IMG/VR virus record: IMGVR_UViG_3300044723_012229
Coordinates: 1 to 58,253 of that record
Length of the DNA stretch: 58,253 nt
DNA from: a virus
Lineage: Duplodnaviria; Caudoviricetes
Strand: one strand, 5' to 3'
Shown piece by piece: positions 53,169 to 58,253 of this stretch (position 1 is the first letter of the stretch; the number at the start of each line of letters is the position of its first letter). The position numbers were made by a program, and so were the translations under genes. Below the pieces are notes generated by a model. The model made no database searches and was not told the DNA's origin. It saw only the letters and a program-made list of their open reading frames with translations.

Positions 53169-54471
53169 ATGTTATGTATTCGTCGTTGTTATATAACGTC
53201 CATCCGCCATCATGATAAACATATAGGGCTCCAGTATCTTCCGCGAAACCCAGTGTCGCTTCATCTAGACTTTCTGGCTCAACCAATTCTTTTTCTGTAG
53301 ACAAAACTTGTATAGCTTCTCCTTGAAAATAAATATGGTAAGGAGTATATATTTTCAGTCCATTTTCCCTACCTATACCAAAAGTAAAGGTTGCATCAAC
53401 TATTAAATGATTATCGATAGATACAGAAAAGTTCTTGGTCTTTAATTGGGCATTTTGAACTTGTATTACATTAACAATATTACTATGTTCTTTTATTCCT
53501 CTGTGAAAATACGTATCCCAGTGCTTGATATCTATATCATAAACCGAGCCTTGGATAAAAAAGCTTTCAACGTCCCCCTGCTCAAACTCCCTTACTATCA
53601 TGGAGATGCTCGCTGTAGCTATAATTGGTAGCTTTAGTTTTTTGTTGAACGCGTAATTAGAGCCAAGTGTGTAAATTCTTTGTCGATCTATAGGAACATC
53701 GATCGATATGCTTTGAATTGCGGCATCCAGCGACTCAAAAGGAACCCCCCCTGAGTTACCAGCTTGCTTTATTACAGTAATGTCCATATCTCCAGGCATT
53801 AAAGCGTTAACATCTCCCTCGAACCCAGGAGACAAAGTATTTGTTGTCAACTTAAGTTTTTCTTGGGATGCGACATTATCTCTACCTAATTTAAGAGAAG
53901 CTAGAGTGGGTTCATTTCCATGAATGTATGGATCAAACTTCATGTTGCTTGCCTCGAAAGATACTCTTGCGGTAGGAACTTGACCAACTTGCGCATTGTA
54001 AGAGTATTGAGTGAGAAATGCATTACCAACACCCATTATATAATAATCCTCAAATTCACTTTCGTCAGTTACATTATTAACATCCAAGTAAGCATCTTGA
54101 TTTGCAGTTATTATACTAATATTAACATCATCCATGACCTCCTTATCTATAAATCTTCTTAATAGACTATAATTAGGATTCATATGAAGACCTATAGATT
54201 TTTCGTTTTCTCCGCTAGAATATACATATTCTATATCCACCTTTACGTCGGGATGACGAATGACAGGAGACTCTCCGTTTCTTTTTACTAGATCGTCAGA
54301 GCCTATAGATTTGACGTCTGTAGAAACATGCTCAAATCCATAGTTTAAAGACTGCACTCTAACTAAATTTTTATGCACACTACTTAATTCTATTTCATCT
54401 TTATATCCTGGAGAATTAGACACTAAAACACCAACCCTCTCATAGGTTATTCTTTTTGCTACATTATGCAT
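53167..54471 (-). CDS. Tail tube protein paralogue
   Basis: 434 aa. LVRVQSLNYGF, GVGNAFLTQYSYNAQVGQVPTARVSFEASN, LMPGDM and AIQSISIDVPIDRQ align by eye with the 504-aa protein. Short C-terminal appendage GFAEDTGALYVYHDGGW. Confidence 0.75.
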   Translation of the reverse strand: MHNVAKRITYERVGVLVSNSPGYKDEIELSSVHKNLVRVQSLNYGFEHVSTDVKSIGSDDLVKRNGESPVIRHPDVKVDIEYVYSSGENEKSIGLHMNPNYSLLRRFIDKEVMDDVNISIITANQDAYLDVNNVTDESEFEDYYIMGVGNAFLTQYSYNAQVGQVPTARVSFEASNMKFDPYIHGNEPTLASLKLGRDNVASQEKLKLTTNTLSPGFEGDVNALMPGDMDITVIKQAGNSGGVPFESLDAAIQSISIDVPIDRQRIYTLGSNYAFNKKLKLPIIATASISMIVREFEQGDVESFFIQGSVYDIDIKHWDTYFHRGIKEHSNIVNVIQVQNAQLKTKNFSVSIDNHLIVDATFTFGIGRENGLKIYTPYHIYFQGEAIQVLSTEKELVEPESLDEATLGFAEDTGALYVYHDGGWTLYNNDEYIT

Positions 54472-54481
54472 ATAGTATCTT

Positions 54482-54506
54482 TACACGTTTTACTGTATTA
54501 AGTGTA
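54482..54506. promoter_or_regulatory. Back-to-back divergent GTGTA motifs (TACAC-15nt-GTGTA)
   Basis: tacacgttttactgtattaagtgta in the 50-nt gap between divergent starts 54471 and 54522. Confidence 0.65.
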
Positions 54507-54521
54507 CAACTATAAGTAGTT

Positions 54522-55337
54522 ATGTCCAACAAAAAGATATCTGAACTCGAAGAGCGCGTGGGATTAAAATCCAACTGCACAGAATCAGCCCTGAATGAAT
54601 ATGAGGGCGATCAAGACTTAGATCTAGATTCGACTTATTTTATGATTGCCAGAGAGAACATTAAAAACGAAAAAATTAATTTCAATCGATTCAAATCATC
54701 AACACTAGATTCTTCGCTTCTAGACCACGGAGCACAATCCTTAAAAGGCGTAAAAACATTTAATGCAAATACCTTAATAGAGGGAAATGCATATATTGAG
54801 CACATAACAAGCGGCTCATACCAAGACAACGTAGATGAAACAATATGTTTTAAATATAAAGCAAATATAAATCAAAATATATTTCATATAAATTTCCCCA
54901 AAACCTTTAAGCGCAAGCCAGTTCTCTCAGTCTCCACCCAGTGTTCATCAGGATCAATTCTTCCATTTATAATATTCAATGTAACAGAGTATAAATTTTC
55001 CATAAAATTTGCAACAAATATAACACAAGAAGACTTTTATATTCACACTACAGCCTACAGCCCATCTTTTGCTTTGGGCGAAGGATTAACCAATATAGCC
55101 AATCAAGGGTCAGCTCAGTCTTTTATTCAAGAGGTAACCTCCGGAACCGACAGGGCCATTATTTCATTTCCAACTCAACACCAATCAAGTCCAATCGTTT
55201 CTGCATGCCTAGAGGGGTCAGGCCCGGTTATACCGAGTGCATTATCAAACATAAACAACTCTTCTTGCGAAATAATTTTTTCCTCGAATCTTCCTGAAAA
55301 CTACTATGTACATATAATTTCACATGAACAAGGATAA
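54522..55337 (+). CDS. Small fibre-like virion protein
   Basis: 271 aa. N-terminal KKISEL, GAQSLKGVKTF fibre motif, two I.FP..f...P.vS beta-sandwich repeats. Confidence 0.6.
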   Translation: MSNKKISELEERVGLKSNCTESALNEYEGDQDLDLDSTYFMIARENIKNEKINFNRFKSSTLDSSLLDHGAQSLKGVKTFNANTLIEGNAYIEHITSGSYQDNVDETICFKYKANINQNIFHINFPKTFKRKPVLSVSTQCSSGSILPFIIFNVTEYKFSIKFATNITQEDFYIHTTAYSPSFALGEGLTNIANQGSAQSFIQEVTSGTDRAIISFPTQHQSSPIVSACLEGSGPVIPSALSNINNSSCEIIFSSNLPENYYVHIISHEQG

Positions 55338-56151
55338 CAGAATATCAACTCTCCCAGAAGCCTTGAAATTAAACGCTTCTCAACTCGCCGACTTTCCAAC
55401 TCAATTCGTAGACACAGGTTCGGATGACGACGACGCACTATTTCTTGTCGCAAAAGCAGGAATTAAAAATGAAAAAATTAATTTCAAAAATTTAAAATCA
55501 TCTATTCTAGATTCATCAGTGCTCCTAACGGGGGATCAATCAATTGCAGGAGAAAAAACTTTTCAAAATACAGTCAATTTTAATGCAGGAATTTTCGCAA
55601 ATAATCTTTTCGTTAAAAACGTAGACGGAGAATGGCAGCAAGTATCTCAATCAGTTGAAGCCATAGCTTTACCAGAAGAAACGGTGGGTTTCAATTCGGA
55701 GCTGACAACAGGTTCTCGACAATTCACAATTGATTTCCCCAAAACATTTGCAGAAAACCCTATTGTATCCGCAACTCTTCAAACAAACGGCCCGCATGTT
55801 CCTTATAGTATATCGAGCGTCTCGACAGCACAATATATTATTTCTTTTTCTTCGGAATTGCCTACAGGATTCGAATACTCCATCTATACTTTGGCGCGCC
55901 CAACGGGAACCAGTCTTTTAAGGCAAACAAAAACATTATCTTTTTCTCAAGATCTTGAAGCAGGGCTCGACACGTTTAATATTTCTTTTAGTGAATCTTT
56001 TGAAGTTCCTCCGATTATATCTTTGGGGCTAGAAACCTCTGGAGAAATTATACCTTTTTCCATTACTTCGGTAAACGAACAAGGCTTTTCTGTTAAGTTT
56101 GCTGCGCAGATTCAAACATCTACAAAATTACATATTCAAGCAACAAGATAG
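55324..56151 (+). CDS. Small fibre-like virion protein, paralogue of the preceding gene
   Basis: 275 aa. RISTL, IKNEKINF, GDQSIAGEKTF and IDFPKTFAENPIVS parallel the 271-aa protein. Confidence 0.6.
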   Translation: MNKDNRISTLPEALKLNASQLADFPTQFVDTGSDDDDALFLVAKAGIKNEKINFKNLKSSILDSSVLLTGDQSIAGEKTFQNTVNFNAGIFANNLFVKNVDGEWQQVSQSVEAIALPEETVGFNSELTTGSRQFTIDFPKTFAENPIVSATLQTNGPHVPYSISSVSTAQYIISFSSELPTGFEYSIYTLARPTGTSLLRQTKTLSFSQDLEAGLDTFNISFSESFEVPPIISLGLETSGEIIPFSITSVNEQGFSVKFAAQIQTSTKLHIQATR

Positions 56152-56153
56152 TT

Positions 56154-56158
56154 GTGTA
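56154..56158 (+). promoter_or_regulatory. GTGTA putative late-promoter motif
   Basis: agttGTGTAtatatcattATG, 9 nt before ATG 56168. Confidence 0.55.
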
Positions 56159-56167
56159 TATATCATT

Positions 56168-57742
56168 ATGAGCGAAGACAATTTTTTATTAAGTGACACA
56201 ATAAAGTCAAAAAAAATCATTTTAAATGAAAAAGATTTAAGTGAAGATATTTCTAGCCTGCACGTCGTCGCGTCAACAAATACAGGCGGAGGAGTTTCGG
56301 ATGAAGATATCTCTAGCCTGGCTGTTGTTGACAGCACTCTTTCTTACAGCCTAGACCAGGACATCTCAAGTTTAACTTTCTCGGAGGCGACGCTCAATCA
56401 GCAATTCGGATTAGATGTTTCTAGCTTACATTCAGACAAGCTGCAAATCCAAGACGACATTAATTCAGTAAGTCAAGATTTACTAACCTCCAACCAGTTG
56501 ATAAACAGCAACACAAATTCTATTTCTAACCTGGAAGAAAACATCTCTAGCTTATCTCTCAACCAAGTCGGTGGCAACCTAGATTCAATCAACGAAAGTA
56601 TATCGAGTTTATCCGTCAAAGAGATAGGGTCGATAGAACAAGTTTCAACTGACTATTCATTAAATCAAGATTCCGATATTTTCGCAGAATATAGAATCAA
56701 TGAATCAACTCAGGGCCTTACGAATATTTCAGATTCTTTATCTATCTCTGCAGATGCTACGTTAAGTAATAATTACGTTGGTCGTGACAATCACACATTA
56801 AACGGCATTGATATATCTCTATCACAAGACAATCTTATAACAATTCCTTCTGTACCTGGTGAACTCAGCTCAGAACTATTTATTTCTTACGCTCTTTTAG
56901 TTCCACAAACAATTACGACGGGAAGTAGCACCTCAACGTTTTTTCGAAGCGGTGGCTTTGGATTAGATTACGTAAATAATATTTACTTCGGAATGGAAAT
57001 GAATGTAACAGCAGGAGCGACAACCTTAAAAGTTAGAGCCAACCATGGCAACGCTATATACATGAATACGAATGGTGCTTTTACGTTACTTATAGAAAAT
57101 TACAGCTCAGGGGCTTTTTATGAGTATGGTGAAAATGGGTCAGCAATGCAAACAACCATTAAAATAGCCCCAGGGATCACCACGGTAGGACAGTTTATAC
57201 AAGATACGAGCGAGAGGGGCATTTCTGTTGAAATTTCTATAGTTACGGGCAGTGAAGATGAGTTAATTTCTGATTTTGTCGGAACACATTCTGAGAGTTA
57301 TTCTAATGCATTTAGGGATGACTTTATAGAGAGAAAAATACAAGGTCTTGGCGGCTCGGTCTCGTTAAAAGCAGAATTGTCACTTATTACAATCAGACAA
57401 ACAGGACAAATTTCAATTTTAAACAACGGAAAATATCATTCCTTTCCTATTCAAGGCTTAGATTTCTCTAATTCAAATAGATTTTACTATGTTGCCAATG
57501 AATCCATCGGCTTTCCATATATAATTATGGGCAGAGATTATTCTTTGATCGATAAAGTTGAGTGGTATTTAGCAAATCAATTAAATACACTTAGCTCTTT
57601 ACACTCAAGCCATAGCTACAAAGATACAGCGCCAGAAGGCGCGATTCAAGAGCAGTTTATAAGTCATGATGCATTTTTCTCTAGCTTCTATCAAGATTAT
57701 TTACAATTAAAACAAACTGTTTCAAGCCTAACAGCTACTTAA
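56168..57742 (+). CDS. Putative fibre / coiled-coil structural protein with DISSL repeats
   Basis: About 524 aa from ATG 56168 (MSEDNFLL). The N-terminal third has repeated (D/N/S)(I/V)SSL units, followed by a beta-rich domain. Confidence 0.6.
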   Translation: MSEDNFLLSDTIKSKKIILNEKDLSEDISSLHVVASTNTGGGVSDEDISSLAVVDSTLSYSLDQDISSLTFSEATLNQQFGLDVSSLHSDKLQIQDDINSVSQDLLTSNQLINSNTNSISNLEENISSLSLNQVGGNLDSINESISSLSVKEIGSIEQVSTDYSLNQDSDIFAEYRINESTQGLTNISDSLSISADATLSNNYVGRDNHTLNGIDISLSQDNLITIPSVPGELSSELFISYALLVPQTITTGSSTSTFFRSGGFGLDYVNNIYFGMEMNVTAGATTLKVRANHGNAIYMNTNGAFTLLIENYSSGAFYEYGENGSAMQTTIKIAPGITTVGQFIQDTSERGISVEISIVTGSEDELISDFVGTHSESYSNAFRDDFIERKIQGLGGSVSLKAELSLITIRQTGQISILNNGKYHSFPIQGLDFSNSNRFYYVANESIGFPYIIMGRDYSLIDKVEWYLANQLNTLSSLHSSHSYKDTAPEGAIQEQFISHDAFFSSFYQDYLQLKQTVSSLTAT

Positions 57743-57752
57743 AAATTAATTC

Positions 57753-57781
57753 TTGACATATTTTATTCATTGTGCTATACT
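57753..57781 (+). promoter_or_regulatory. Near-consensus sigma70 promoter with extended -10
   Basis: TTGACA (57753-57758), 17 nt, TG-n-TATACT (57776-57781); 9 nt before ATG 57791. Confidence 0.85.
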
Positions 57782-57790
57782 TTATGCACA

Positions 57791-58253
57791 ATGAATTTAT
57801 TATACAAGACAAAATGCTACTTGGTTGGCCACATGCAATATGTAAGTGGTAGAAATTGGAGAGAAGATGTAACAGAACGCTTGGATCCTTTGAGCATTAC
57901 TTGCTTCGATCCATACAAAAAACCATTTATGAAAGACGTTGAAGAAGACGAGGCTTCTCGTCAAGAAATGGAAACATGGATGCGCACAAAACAATACGAT
58001 CGAGTAACCGAACGCATGAAAACCGTTCGAGCATACGATCTCAATTTAGTTGATCGCAGTGATTTTATTATTGCGCACCTTGTGCCTGAAGTAGCAAGCT
58101 GGGGCAGTGCCGAAGAAATCACTCTGGCCGTACGCGAGAAGAAACCTGTATTTATCAGCATGGAAGGAGGCAAAGCAAAAACTCCATTATGGATGCTAGG
58201 CATGCTTCCCCATAAATATATTTATAATAGTATTGACGAAATCATTGAAATGC
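57791..58253 (+). CDS. Nucleoside 2-deoxyribosyltransferase / nucleotide N-glycosidase-like protein, 3'-truncated
   Basis: My translation: MNLLYKTKCYLVGHMQYVSGRNWRE...CFDPY...YDLNLVDRSDFIIAHLVPEVASWGSAEEITLAVREKKPVF..., matching the NDT-fold pattern YLaG..WR..fdP..D...sD..S.Gt..E...A....KPV. Not in the ORF track because it runs off the window. Confidence 0.75.
   Translation, partial: MNLLYKTKCYLVGHMQYVSGRNWREDVTERLDPLSITCFDPYKKPFMKDVEEDEASRQEMETWMRTKQYDRVTERMKTVRAYDLNLVDRSDFIIAHLVPEVASWGSAEEITLAVREKKPVFISMEGGKAKTPLWMLGMLPHKYIYNSIDEIIEM

Larger units (their letters stand above)
1..58253. mobile_element. Large tailed bacteriophage genome segment (siphovirus-like tail morphogenesis module)
   Basis: Dense coding with lambda-like order TMP-M-L-K-I-J, tail tube and neck genes, and an S74 chaperone-bearing fibre. 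No host housekeeping genes or sheath. Free phage versus prophage cannot be decided from this window. Confidence 0.93.

Noticed and set aside
56099-56167. TTG start at 56099 for the 547-aa ORF
   Set aside because: It overlaps the previous gene. ATG 56168 follows the GTGTA motif at the same 9-nt spacing seen at 49599.
698-58203. Numerous 60-150 aa ORFs in the track lying antisense or out of frame within long genes (e.g. 9305..9766, 44317..44640, 46935..47303, 57961..58203)
   Set aside because: Shadow ORFs fully overlapping well-supported genes, mostly with TTG/GTG starts and no recognisable motifs.

Overview
AT-rich segment of a large tailed (siphovirus-like, non-contractile) bacteriophage. 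No sheath, capsid, integrase, RNA gene or CRISPR array is visible. The window is almost entirely a greatly enlarged lambda/T5-type tail morphogenesis module, split into divergent operons. The minus strand encodes two putative tail chaperones, a 3521-aa tape measure protein (TMP), two tube-fold proteins, a 4755-aa protein with two gpM/distal-tail domains and a C-terminal leishmanolysin(M8)-like Zn protease, gpL, a JAB-only gpK, a gpI-gpJ(N) fusion, and a 3858-aa gpJ(C)/fibre ending in an S74 chaperone domain. The plus strand encodes neck/terminator genes and the major tail tube, which converges on a tube paralogue at a bidirectional terminator, followed by three small fibre-like genes. Non-structural genes with sigma70-type promoters flank the module: a putative Rad52-like annealing protein and a nucleoside-deoxyribosyltransferase-like gene. 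Main observations: (1) a virion-tip metalloprotease on a giant distal-tail protein; (2) a TMP with ~1400 aa of cassettes delimited by G(F/Y/H)(V/I)PNFA motifs, including ~24 GSKNQ repeats and a PD-(D/E)xK-like segment; (3) small modules nested inside one another across three tail proteins; (4) a GTGTA motif upstream of the structural genes. All family assignments come from motif recognition by eye; no searches were run, and sub-gene coordinates are approximate.
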